DNA of 20,000 nucleotides. Origin: an uncultured virus (IMG/VR IMGVR_UViG_3300045284_000309). Lineage: Duplodnaviria; Heunggongvirae; Uroviricota; Caudoviricetes. A model generated the notes under the pieces. That model saw nothing but the letters and a program-made list of their open reading frames with translations. It was not told the origin of the DNA and ran no database searches. Both the position numbers and the translations under genes were made by a program. Below, piece by piece: positions 6,932 to 14,453 of the stretch. Position 1 is the first letter of the stretch, and every line of letters starts with the position of its first letter. The stretch lies in IMG/VR virus record IMGVR_UViG_3300045284_000309. The stretch is one strand, 5' to 3'.

Positions 6932-7309
6932 TCAGTAGTCGCTCGGTCGGAGGATTGTGGTCGTTTCGCGCAGCCAGACCTTATCCGTCCAGGCCGCATC
7001 TGAAATTACCCAAAGCTCGATACCCTTGACCGTGAACGAGCTTACGATCCTTGCGCCGGATTTCACGGAAAGATCGTTCTGCCTTGCGTCGTGGGCATCG
7101 ACCTCGCCCCAATCGCCGTTGACGTGGCGAAGGAGAAGACCCTGCATCGCTGTCTGAAATTCTTGCGTGTCCGGGATTGCATCGACAATCTCGTTGTAGG
7201 CTCCGCTCGCCATCGTGACGCCAGACTTGAGGATCGAAAACCGCGAGCCTGAGACGACGCTGGAATTGCGGCGGATTGCCCTGGGATCGTTCGGCCCTAG
7301 AACAGTCAT
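6932..7309 (-). CDS. Conserved plasmid/phage protein of unknown function (RH..GDWG family)
   Basis: LLRHVNGDWGEVDAHDARQNDLSVKSGARIVSSF...LWVISDA; ATGA overlap at the start. Confidence 0.75.
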   Translation of the reverse strand: MTVLGPNDPRAIRRNSSVVSGSRFSILKSGVTMASGAYNEIVDAIPDTQEFQTAMQGLLLRHVNGDWGEVDAHDARQNDLSVKSGARIVSSFTVKGIELWVISDAAWTDKVWLRETTTILRPSDY

Positions 7310-7632
7310 GATGCGAACACCTTGCGGCACTCGCCCGCGATCTGAAATTCGTTGCAGCGCTCTTGCGAGCCAGCGGCACCGCAGACGTTGCAGACGACTT
7401 GACCGACCTCGGTCTGAAATGCTTCAAGCTCTCCGCGCTTCGTCGGAAACGCACCGTAGACGATGCCGGACGTGGAAACGAAATACTCGTCCGCTTCGTC
7501 TTCGGTGTTGTAGGCCCACCATCCGGAATCGTACTGATAGCACGACGGATCGACGGGCACCCATGCGTCCAAGGCTAGCTCGACGGTAGCACCGTCCTTG
7601 AGCGCCGCCTTGACCGTTGCGCCTGTATCCAT
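7306..7632 (-). CDS. Hypothetical protein with C-terminal CxxC...C...C
   Basis: ATG 7632 after GAGAGGA RBS; an in-frame, possibly leaderless ATG lies at 7662. Confidence 0.75.
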   Translation of the reverse strand: MDTGATVKAALKDGATVELALDAWVPVDPSCYQYDSGWWAYNTEDEADEYFVSTSGIVYGAFPTKRGELEAFQTEVGQVVCNVCGAAGSQERCNEFQIAGECRKVFAS

Positions 7633-7668
7633 GAGGATTTCCTCTCTGTCGGAAGTGTTCATGCCGAC

Positions 7669-7697
7669 AAGGTATCAGACCCTGGGATGATTGTCAA
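7669..7697 (-). promoter_or_regulatory. sigma70-type promoter with CCCAGGG box
   Basis: TTGACA-ATCATCCCAGGGTCTGA-TACCTT. Confidence 0.8.
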
Positions 7698-7714
7698 GAG
7701 GAAATTGTAAATGT

Positions 7715-8098
7715 TCACTCGCTCATGTCCCACTTGGCGAATTCGTCTTCCAGCTTCTGAAATTCACTCTGGGCTTCGGCAATCGTGCCGTAGATCCAGA
7801 TATCACGAAAACCGCGATCATCGGTCGTGACAATCCAGCGATCAACGCGGTAGAAGTGTCCGGTACTCGGGCAATCGACGTTCCCGGAGATTTCATCGGT
7901 AAAGCCGTGCCCGTAGAAGGCTTCCAGAGCGTCCATGATCGTTTTCACGGCCGGATCCAGCTTCTGGGCCTCGGCTACGATCTGGGCCTTCGTGGTGGCA
8001 GGAGTGCGGCTCTTGAAATCAGCCGCACTCTCTGCCTCGCTCGCCCACTGATGAGCGTCCTTTGAAAACTGTGCCCAAGGATCAGGCATCGTCGTCAC
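7715..8098 (-). CDS. Hypothetical protein
   Basis: 127-aa ORF in the gene string. Confidence 0.75.
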   Translation of the reverse strand: MTTMPDPWAQFSKDAHQWASEAESAADFKSRTPATTKAQIVAEAQKLDPAVKTIMDALEAFYGHGFTDEISGNVDCPSTGHFYRVDRWIVTTDDRGFRDIWIYGTIAEAQSEFQKLEDEFAKWDMSE

Positions 8099-8366
8099 TC
8101 ATCGCTGCGGCCATTTCCTTCCGCGCCCATTGCGCGAAGACGATGGCCACCGGAGCACCCTGCATCGGCCCTGGCGCGATCCGCGTCACCTGTGCGCAGT
8201 GAAAAGCGATCAACTGCGCGATCAGGGATTCGCGATCCTCAAGCGGAAATTCGGGGTTCTCGGCAATCATGCGGTCGATGTGCTCCGTCGCAGGCCCGTC
8301 GTTCAAGACTAGCTGGCGGACTTCCGTCCAAATCTGATCGAGCATCTTATCTCTGTCGTCGCTCAT
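8082..8366 (-). CDS. Hypothetical protein
   Basis: GAAGGAG RBS with CTTCCGACA leader. Confidence 0.75.
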   Translation of the reverse strand: MSDDRDKMLDQIWTEVRQLVLNDGPATEHIDRMIAENPEFPLEDRESLIAQLIAFHCAQVTRIAPGPMQGAPVAIVFAQWARKEMAAAMSDDDA

Positions 8367-8393
8367 GTCAATTCTCCTTCGTGTCGGAAGTTT

Positions 8394-8798
8394 TCAGAGT
8401 GAGTCGCAGGAACCGTAGATGATTGCATCGTAGTAGTAGGATGATGTGGAAAGGACGCGAAACTTGTCCGCATGGATGAAACCCATGTCCAGGACGCGGA
8501 GCTTGGTGCCCTTAGGAAGATTGAAAATCTGCCCGGTGTCATAAAGCTGCGCAAACCCCTCGCGGTCGTTCGCCGCTGCCGCACTCGTGGCTGCATCGAA
8601 ATCGTCACGGGTGACCGCAAATGTCACGTCCGGCTTTCCAACCCGCGTGACGTTGCCAGTTACACAACTGTCGCTGCTGGATCCGCTGGCGTTTGAATCG
8701 CCGCCGCCCGAAACGTGAGAGAAAACGATGATCATGAGAACGATGAAGCCGATGATGACAAGCGTTCCCTTGGTTGTATCGGAGTCCTTCTGAGTCAT
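8394..8798 (-). CDS. Membrane-anchored protein (TM helix, Ser/Gly linker, extracytoplasmic domain)
   Basis: LVIIGFIVLMIIVFS helix then SGGGDSNASGSSS; ATG 8798 after GGAAGG. Confidence 0.75.
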   Translation of the reverse strand: MTQKDSDTTKGTLVIIGFIVLMIIVFSHVSGGGDSNASGSSSDSCVTGNVTRVGKPDVTFAVTRDDFDAATSAAAANDREGFAQLYDTGQIFNLPKGTKLRVLDMGFIHADKFRVLSTSSYYYDAIIYGSCDSL

Positions 8799-8841
8799 TT
8801 GAATTACCTTCCTGTCGGATTGAATTTCCTTCGATGCAGCC

Positions 8842-8872
8842 AAGGTAGCATAATCGTCCTAGGGTCTGTCAA
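8842..8872 (-). promoter_or_regulatory. sigma70-type promoter with a variant box
   Basis: TTGACA-N19-TACCTT (extended -10 TGn); spacer begins GACCCTAGGACGAT. Confidence 0.65.
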
Positions 8873-8889
8873 GAGGAAATTGTAAAGGT

Positions 8890-9894
8890 TTACCTGTCCC
8901 ACTGCCAGACCCGCTTCTTGATGATGAGTGGAGCATCGTCCGGCCCCTTCACGTAGTCAGCGATGTACTTCTGCCGGTGCATGCCCAGAGAAGGGTACCA
9001 CTGGTTGCGCCAGAAGCCATGAACGATGAAACGATGGCTGAAATTCCGCTGTTCGCCCGAAGGCTCGCTCGCCTGCGTCTTGCGCCGTAGCTCGACTACC
9101 AGGATTTCACTGACCGGGAGATTGAGCCGCAGAGAATGCCTCCTGAGGCTCCGTGCGGCCTTGTAACGCGAGCGCGTGACCAGCTTCTCCCCCATGAGCC
9201 GGTTCATCACACGGATGAACAGGAGCGTCGAGGAATGCTTGCCGCCTGTCGTATCCTGCGTCCTTGAAATATCCTCCAGAGGAACCGTGAGCGCATGAGC
9301 CACAAGCCAACTCGTCTTGGCGATTGAGTCAATTTCATGGAAGGTGTGCGAGTAGTCGTCCTCGTCATCGATGCTCGACCACATGATAAAGCGGATACCC
9401 ATTTTTACTTCCACTGAAATTTCCTCACCGGCCAGTGCCCGCTTGTTTACCTCGCGGTACTCGGCGTCACCTTTGACCTCTGAAAACGTCATCTCCTCCA
9501 GGTGCCATGAAATCGCTCTCCAGGCGACCTTCTTGCCCATCTGATCGATCACAACAAACGGCTCCTCCAGGTAGGCGAAGCCTGAGCGCAGAAAGAAATC
9601 CGACTCGACCACTGTCTCGCGCTCGTTGAAAGAATCCATTGCGTTGTAAACCAGTTCCTGCATTTCACCCGTGACGTAGATCGGCTCTGCCGCCATCATG
9701 TCGGGAAGCGCGTTGACGAAGCAAGCTGCCGACGTGCTCGCTTGAGCCGTCCCATACTTGCCCATGCGATCATCGAGCCAGTATTTGAAATATTTTTTTC
9801 CCCACTCGGAGGAGACGAAGCCGATGATTTCATGCTGCGCGGAGAGAGCCTTCTCCCACGGCTGCGGAACGTGAGGTTGATTCATCGCGCTCAT
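8890..9894 (-). CDS. Conserved phage protein of unknown function
   Basis: 334 aa; C-terminal HRFIVHGFWRNQWYPS...HR.KYI..YVKGPDDAPL motif familiar from actinobacterial phages and elements. Confidence 0.8.
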   Translation of the reverse strand: MSAMNQPHVPQPWEKALSAQHEIIGFVSSEWGKKYFKYWLDDRMGKYGTAQASTSAACFVNALPDMMAAEPIYVTGEMQELVYNAMDSFNERETVVESDFFLRSGFAYLEEPFVVIDQMGKKVAWRAISWHLEEMTFSEVKGDAEYREVNKRALAGEEISVEVKMGIRFIMWSSIDDEDDYSHTFHEIDSIAKTSWLVAHALTVPLEDISRTQDTTGGKHSSTLLFIRVMNRLMGEKLVTRSRYKAARSLRRHSLRLNLPVSEILVVELRRKTQASEPSGEQRNFSHRFIVHGFWRNQWYPSLGMHRQKYIADYVKGPDDAPLIIKKRVWQWDR

Positions 9895-10370
9895 GCTGCG
9901 ATCCTCTCACTGATAATGAAATCTTCGAGATTGAGCCGGTTCTCGAAAATGATCGTGAGGAAGCTGCCCGACCATGAATCGTGATAGTGCTTCATGAGCG
10001 GTTGCCAGTCAATTTCAACACCGATGTAGCTCCACTCGGTTTCATCCATCTTGACGATGGAATTTCGCCATGTCGGATCGCAGACGATGCCATCGCGAAG
10101 CAACCAGGCGTGATGTACCGGCATGAAGCCTGAAAAGCCGTAGCCCTCGCAGTAGGTCACGTCATCTCTGAAAGCTGCGTAGGTGAGGCAGTTTGAAAAA
10201 CAGCGGCCCATCGGCATCTTGCGCAGGCCGGTGCCGCGAAAGCTCGTCCACTTCGATCCTGTCCACTCTTGCCCGTATTTCAGGATCGTCCGCTCGTGGA
10301 TCCCATGCTCTGGAAATCCGAGCTTGTCGTAAGCGTCTACGTGCTGCTGTAGGCAGTCTTTAGCTGTCAT
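9891..10370 (-). CDS. Hypothetical protein with putative Cys-His-Asp (transglutaminase/papain-like) triad
   Basis: GRCFSNC...YCEGY...HHAW...DPTW; start re-called to ATG 10370. Confidence 0.65.
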   Translation of the reverse strand: MTAKDCLQQHVDAYDKLGFPEHGIHERTILKYGQEWTGSKWTSFRGTGLRKMPMGRCFSNCLTYAAFRDDVTYCEGYGFSGFMPVHHAWLLRDGIVCDPTWRNSIVKMDETEWSYIGVEIDWQPLMKHYHDSWSGSFLTIIFENRLNLEDFIISERIAA

Positions 10371-10635
10371 GACCGAACATTTCATTGATCTCGCGAGAAA
10401 GGTCGGGGTTGCCGCTGTCGAACAGGGGAAGCTTCGGCTTGCGCTTGGCAAGATCGATCTGCTCGTAGTGAAATCTCCACTCGGGATGATCCTTGTAATA
10501 TTTGTCGATCTCCCAGTTGACCTGAGCCTCGGTAGCGAACAGGCCCAGAACCTCGATCCCACTGAAAACGCTGTCCGTGTCGATCACAGCCTCGGGCCGG
10601 TAGACCTGGAGAATGTATGTCTTGAGGATAGTCAC
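10360..10635 (-). CDS. Hypothetical protein
   Basis: GTG after CCGACAGAAAGGA leader. Confidence 0.75.
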   Translation of the reverse strand: MTILKTYILQVYRPEAVIDTDSVFSGIEVLGLFATEAQVNWEIDKYYKDHPEWRFHYEQIDLAKRKPKLPLFDSGNPDLSREINEMFGHDS

Positions 10636-10658
10636 AATTTCCTTTCTGTCGGTTTACT

Positions 10659-10751
10659 GCTACCCGCCCCGCTCTCAGGAATCGAACCTGAGCCTCCACC
10701 GTATGTTTCTGGCGGCGCTCTACCTAGCTGAGCTAGAGCGGAGCGGGTAGC
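10659..10751 (-). ncRNA. tRNA-like RNA (non-canonical; core 10668-10742)
   Basis: TA-GCTC-AGCTAGGTA-GAGC D arm, CCGCC/GGTGG stem with 10-nt loop, TCAGG-TTCGATT-CCTGA T arm, 16-bp acceptor stem, no CCA. Confidence 0.8.
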
Positions 10752-10757
10752 CAGACC

Positions 10758-10786
10758 ACTCTATCATCCCTGGGTCGATTCGTCAA
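10758..10786 (-). promoter_or_regulatory. sigma70-type promoter of the tRNA-like RNA, with CCCAGGG box
   Basis: TTGACG-AATCGACCCAGGGATGA-TAGAGT. Confidence 0.75.
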
Positions 10787-11000
10787 GGGCAATTTCCTCG
10801 ACCGTGACAATCGCTACCAGGCGAGCGTATGGAACCTCGTTCACCTTGCCGACGCGGTTGATGATTCCGTTGCGCGGGACAAAGCGAACAAACTTCTCGC
10901 CGTCGTGCTCCACGATTTCAGGCTTGTCTTGCGTGTAGTATGTAGCGGTGTCGTTCACGCTCACACCCTCGTTCACGATAACCTGAAATTCAGATGACAC
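10764..11000 (-). CDS. Hypothetical protein (78 aa)
   Basis: GTG 11000 after GAGGAG RBS. Confidence 0.7.
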   Translation of the reverse strand: MSSEFQVIVNEGVSVNDTATYYTQDKPEIVEHDGEKFVRFVPRNGIINRVGKVNEVPYARLVAIVTVEEIALDESTQG

Positions 11001-11277
11001 TATTCTCCTCTCCGACTTCCTCGGCATAGCGGGCTTCCTCGGCGGCTGCAAGCTCTTTGAATTTCCTTGCCCGCCGACGCCAATGCCCCGCCATGAGGTT
11101 TGTCTTGCGCTTGACTTGCCCTTTTTCATGCTTGGCCATCTGCTCGTAGATCCAGCATTGATCTTTCGCATTGTCCGAGAGCACGACTAGCTCATCGGGA
11201 ATCAGGCCCAGAAGATCGACGGCAATTTCAAGATCGTCGGCCTCCTTGCTCATGCCGTGCGTGTTCCACAAACCCAT
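10990..11277 (-). CDS. Hypothetical protein
   Basis: AAAGGAGG RBS, TAATG overlap. Confidence 0.75.
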   Translation of the reverse strand: MGLWNTHGMSKEADDLEIAVDLLGLIPDELVVLSDNAKDQCWIYEQMAKHEKGQVKRKTNLMAGHWRRRARKFKELAAAEEARYAEEVGEENSVI

Positions 11278-11609
11278 TACCGCTGTCCTCCTTTGAGCCG
11301 TACTGTAATTAGCCCTGCGAAATCTTCATCGGTCGGCCGGGTCGGATCGACGTTGTTCCAAGTGCCCTCGATATCGGGATGGCCCTGGATCGTCTCGCCC
11401 TTGTAAACCGTGAGGTTGACATTCTTCGGCTTGGCCGGATCGAAGAATTTCACGAAACCGATGGTCATGTCCTTGAGCGCGTAGTAGATGAAGCAGGTGA
11501 ATCCCCAGATCATCCAGCCGTAGAAGATACCGGATGGCCCGTCCTCGTGAAATCCCCACCAGGCGCATAGCGCCAGAAGCGAGAGTGGAATTATCCTGTG
11601 CATTATCAT
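11277..11609 (-). CDS. Membrane protein (two N-terminal hydrophobic segments)
   Basis: IIPLSLLALCAWWG and IFYGWMIWGFTCFIYYAL. Confidence 0.7.
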   Translation of the reverse strand: MIMHRIIPLSLLALCAWWGFHEDGPSGIFYGWMIWGFTCFIYYALKDMTIGFVKFFDPAKPKNVNLTVYKGETIQGHPDIEGTWNNVDPTRPTDEDFAGLITVRLKGGQR

Positions 11610-11631
11610 CCCTGGGTCGATAAAAGGACTG

Positions 11632-11671
11632 AAAAAAGAGGGACGGAACCATTTCTGATTCCGCCCCTCTC
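11632..11671 (-). terminator. Intrinsic terminator
   Basis: GAGGGGCGGAA/TTCCGTCCCTC stem followed by T6 on the minus strand. Confidence 0.75.
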
Positions 11672-11679
11672 TAGGAATT

Positions 11680-12519
11680 TCACCGGCGAGCCGTCGTCTT
11701 CTTCTTGACGGGCTTGCTGGCCGTGCTCCTGGCCGTCGTCGTCGTGGCCTTCGGCTTGTTCTTCGATCCAGGCGGACGACCGCGCCGCTTGGGTGCCGCT
11801 GCGGGCTTCTGTGCGGCCTTCTGCGGCTTTGCCTTCTGCGGGGTGGTCTTCCGGGTAGTCGAGCGCTTCGCCGTGCTCCTGGCGGCTCCTGTGGCTCCGG
11901 ACTTGCGGTACGTGCCCTGAGTGCCGTACTCGGCGCGGTTGGTGGACTTCTCGTGCTGGCCCGTCTTCATCGCGAAATCCCAGGCCGTCCGTGAAATCCG
12001 GTACTGGAGCATCGTCTCAGCAGACGCTTGAGTGCGCTTGCTGCCGTCCTGCATCTTCCGGCCGACGAAATCCCAGATCTTCGGAAGCAGTGCCGTGAAA
12101 ACCTTGGCCCGGTTCCCACGGTATTTCCGAAGGGACTTGACGATCAGGTCGGGCGGCGATCCGACGCGGGCGTTCCAACCGTCCGTGACGTTGAAATCCA
12201 CGTCCTTGAGCATCTCACGGCCGGACTCGTCAGCGGTCGAGCGCTTCGCCTTGCCCGTCGTCGCGGACTTTGCGGCAGGCTTCGACTTGACGGCCGTCTT
12301 CGTTGCGGCCTTCGGAGGGCGACCCCGGCGAGCAGGCGTCTTGGTTGCCGTGCGAGTCTTCGTCGCGGGCTTCCGAGTCGTCTTGGTCTTGGTCGATCCA
12401 CCGTTCATGAATTGCACGATGAGCGCCTGAAGCTCGTCAGCGCTTGTTGCGCTGCGAATGTCACTGGCCGGGATACCCAGCCCCTTCGCGCTCTGTCTCA
12501 GTTGTCCGAGAGTTGGCAT
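11680..12519 (-). CDS. Histone H1-like basic DNA-binding protein with two AT-hooks
   Basis: K/A/T/P-rich arms; PARRGRPPK and PKRRGRPPGSKNKPK AT-hooks flank a globular core; CAGGAG RBS, own promoter and terminator. Confidence 0.8.
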   Translation of the reverse strand: MPTLGQLRQSAKGLGIPASDIRSATSADELQALIVQFMNGGSTKTKTTRKPATKTRTATKTPARRGRPPKAATKTAVKSKPAAKSATTGKAKRSTADESGREMLKDVDFNVTDGWNARVGSPPDLIVKSLRKYRGNRAKVFTALLPKIWDFVGRKMQDGSKRTQASAETMLQYRISRTAWDFAMKTGQHEKSTNRAEYGTQGTYRKSGATGAARSTAKRSTTRKTTPQKAKPQKAAQKPAAAPKRRGRPPGSKNKPKATTTTARSTASKPVKKKTTARR

Positions 12520-12574
12520 CTTGTGTCTCCTGTTTTTGTTGCTTGCTTGGACTGGAAATCTGTGCTGCCCCTCC

Positions 12575-12602
12575 AGAGTAGCAGCCCAAAAGGAAATGTC
12601 AA
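12575..12602 (-). promoter_or_regulatory. sigma70-type promoter
   Basis: TTGACA-N16-TACTCT with TGn extension. Confidence 0.7.
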
Positions 12603-12973
12603 GGGGTGGAGGAAATATTTTTTCGGTAGGAAATAATCACTGTGCCAGAGCCATTTTTCTCGTCTATCTCGGTCACGGCCGCTGCCTCGATCCCGATTCG
12701 CCCGGAGTCAATGAGCCTGGCCAGTCGAGCAGCCACGTCGCGAGCGATGTAGCCGATGTGCATGTCCGGCCGTATCTCCGTGAGAACGACTTTCAACGCA
12801 TTCGGGTCGAACCGATTTTCAGGTTCACGCTCAAGCCGGATGGCCAGCGGGGTATGGTCAGCCAGTTCACCTTGAAGCTGAACCCCGACTCTGTAGTTCA
12901 TGCCGACCAGCGGAGCGTAGATATTTCTCTCTGGGTGAAATTTCTTATGCGGTGGTTTGACCATGCTATTCAT
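12599..12973 (-). CDS. Stand-alone HIRAN domain protein
   Basis: LVGMNYR...LEREPENRFDPNALKV...HIGYIARDVAARLA; start re-called. Confidence 0.85.
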   Translation of the reverse strand: MNSMVKPPHKKFHPERNIYAPLVGMNYRVGVQLQGELADHTPLAIRLEREPENRFDPNALKVVLTEIRPDMHIGYIARDVAARLARLIDSGRIGIEAAAVTEIDEKNGSGTVIISYRKNISSTP

Positions 12974-13292
12974 CCTTGGGTGGCCGTCCGACTCGGTGGT
13001 TTCGGATGATCTCCACAATTTCATCCCTTTGGGCAGGACTCCAAAGACGGATTGCCAGCGTTCCACGTTGGACTCTCTGGGCCTCTGGAATCCTGCCCGC
13101 TCTTTCAAGCTTGCGCAACCAAGACGGATCGCAGCCGACTTCACGCGACATTTCAGCAAGGGTCAGATAGTCCTTGTACCGCTTTGGCTTGAAATATGTG
13201 ATGTCTCTGGGCATTGTTCCACCTGGCTTGATGTGTGTGTTGGGAATGGCCGGTCTGCTTCGGCGTTTCTTTGTCGGCCTCCCCATTTTCAC
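12966..13292 (-). CDS. MerR/excisionase-like HTH DNA-binding protein
   Basis: YLTLAEMSREVGCDPSWLRKLERAGRIPEA..R.....RLWS; GRP motifs at both termini. Confidence 0.75.
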   Translation of the reverse strand: MKMGRPTKKRRSRPAIPNTHIKPGGTMPRDITYFKPKRYKDYLTLAEMSREVGCDPSWLRKLERAGRIPEAQRVQRGTLAIRLWSPAQRDEIVEIIRNHRVGRPPKDE

Positions 13293-13810
13293 TTCTTTCC
13301 ATAGACGATCAGGAATGGTGCTTTTTCCTTCTCGTAGAAGGCAGGCGCGATCTCCTCTGCCGTCAACAGTCCTTCTCTGACAACGCGATCAAGCGCGTCC
13401 TGGTCAACGGTACGCTTCGTGATCCGGTTCCAGATTTCAGAGCGTTCCGTCTTGTTCTTGAACTTCTGGCGCAGAATGAAAAGCAACGGAATCACACTGA
13501 CCGGCGTGTTTGCATCAATGTCGTCACTCGATGCGATCCACGTTCCGCCATACTTGTCACGCCGCAGAAGCGCGTACGGCTCGCCCTGCCTTCCGTTGCC
13601 AAGATCGATTCTCGGAGTGTCTGTGTTCGCAGCCCAGGCCGTTGCCGCCTTTTTCATTTCAGCCGCGTCCTCCATCATCTCCGTGATCCCGTGCTCCTGC
13701 ATCAGAGCCTGGACTTCCTCTTTCAGGTTTTCAGAACCGATGAGGGCTTCCCTGGCCTCCTCAACGTTCTTGACCTGAAATTGCCCGTTCTTCAGCCGCT
13801 TGAGTGCCAT
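13289..13810 (-). CDS. Hypothetical protein
   Basis: 173-aa ORF with GGAGG RBS. Confidence 0.8.
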   Translation of the reverse strand: MALKRLKNGQFQVKNVEEAREALIGSENLKEEVQALMQEHGITEMMEDAAEMKKAATAWAANTDTPRIDLGNGRQGEPYALLRRDKYGGTWIASSDDIDANTPVSVIPLLFILRQKFKNKTERSEIWNRITKRTVDQDALDRVVREGLLTAEEIAPAFYEKEKAPFLIVYGKK

Positions 13811-13811
13811 G

Positions 13812-14036
13812 CTAGCTCGCTACCTCCACGGGCGTCTCGGTGTCCGCGATCATGCGGTCGATCACGTCCGCGTCAATTACGATCTTGGCCACGATCAATT
13901 GCCGTAGCTCCTGGAGGGCACTGAGCCGACCCGTGCGGATCAGGTTTTCACGCGCCTGCACCTTGCGAAGCGTCTTGGCCGCGTTCTTCTCCAGCTTGTC
14001 GAGCTTCTTCGCAGCCTGCTTGGTATTCTTTTTCAT
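13812..14036 (-). CDS. Hypothetical basic protein
   Basis: GGAAGGA RBS. Confidence 0.75.
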   Translation of the reverse strand: MKKNTKQAAKKLDKLEKNAAKTLRKVQARENLIRTGRLSALQELRQLIVAKIVIDADVIDRMIADTETPVEVAS

Positions 14037-14086
14037 AGCGAGAGGATCCTTCCTTTGATTGGAATTCCATTTTGCTTGTACGTGCT
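14033..14086 (-). pseudogene. Orphan duplicate of the helicase C-terminus (STYKQNGIPIKGRILSL*)
   Basis: Matches the helicase end STYKRNGIKIKSRLGSLG*; its TGA overlaps the next ATG. Confidence 0.75.
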
Positions 14087-14453
14087 ACTTGGTCAATCGC
14101 TTGCGTCGAGCATAAAGCTTGTTTGACTCACGGTGGCATGTTTTACAGGCTCTGCCACCTGTCAAACGTTCGTAGACATTTTCACCTTCCAGAAGGTGAC
14201 CATTGACGCAGTGAGTTTTTTCTCTGTTGACCTTTGCCGTCAAAGGTTCCCTGTTGTCCAGCTTTGCATGGCACGATCTGCACAACTCAGCGTAATCCGA
14301 AATGTCCCAGGTGTATGTCTCGGGATGCCTGAGAAACGCATAGTCCGTCTCCCCTTCCGAATTGCACTGTTCACATGCCCCAGACTTGGGGTAATTTCTT
14401 TTCAGCCACATATGGACTGAATTCGGTTCCCGGCTAACACGCGGCCTACCCAA
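14085..14453 (-). CDS. HNH-type homing endonuclease
   Basis: HMWLKR...CEQC...LCRSCH Zn/HNH core plus THCVNGH...CKTC domain shared with 6484-6891; TTG start uncertain. Confidence 0.75.
   Translation of the reverse strand: MGRPRVSREPNSVHMWLKRNYPKSGACEQCNSEGETDYAFLRHPETYTWDISDYAELCRSCHAKLDNREPLTAKVNREKTHCVNGHLLEGENVYERLTGGRACKTCHRESNKLYARRKRLTK

Noticed and set aside
10668..10742. Calling a standard tRNA-Met or tRNA-Phe
   Set aside because: 10-nt loop without U33 and no CCA, so no anticodon can be assigned
11705..13924. Long + strand ORFs (e.g. 12028-12636, 12458-13009, 13235-13924)
   Set aside because: Antisense shadows of well-supported minus-strand genes in GC-rich DNA
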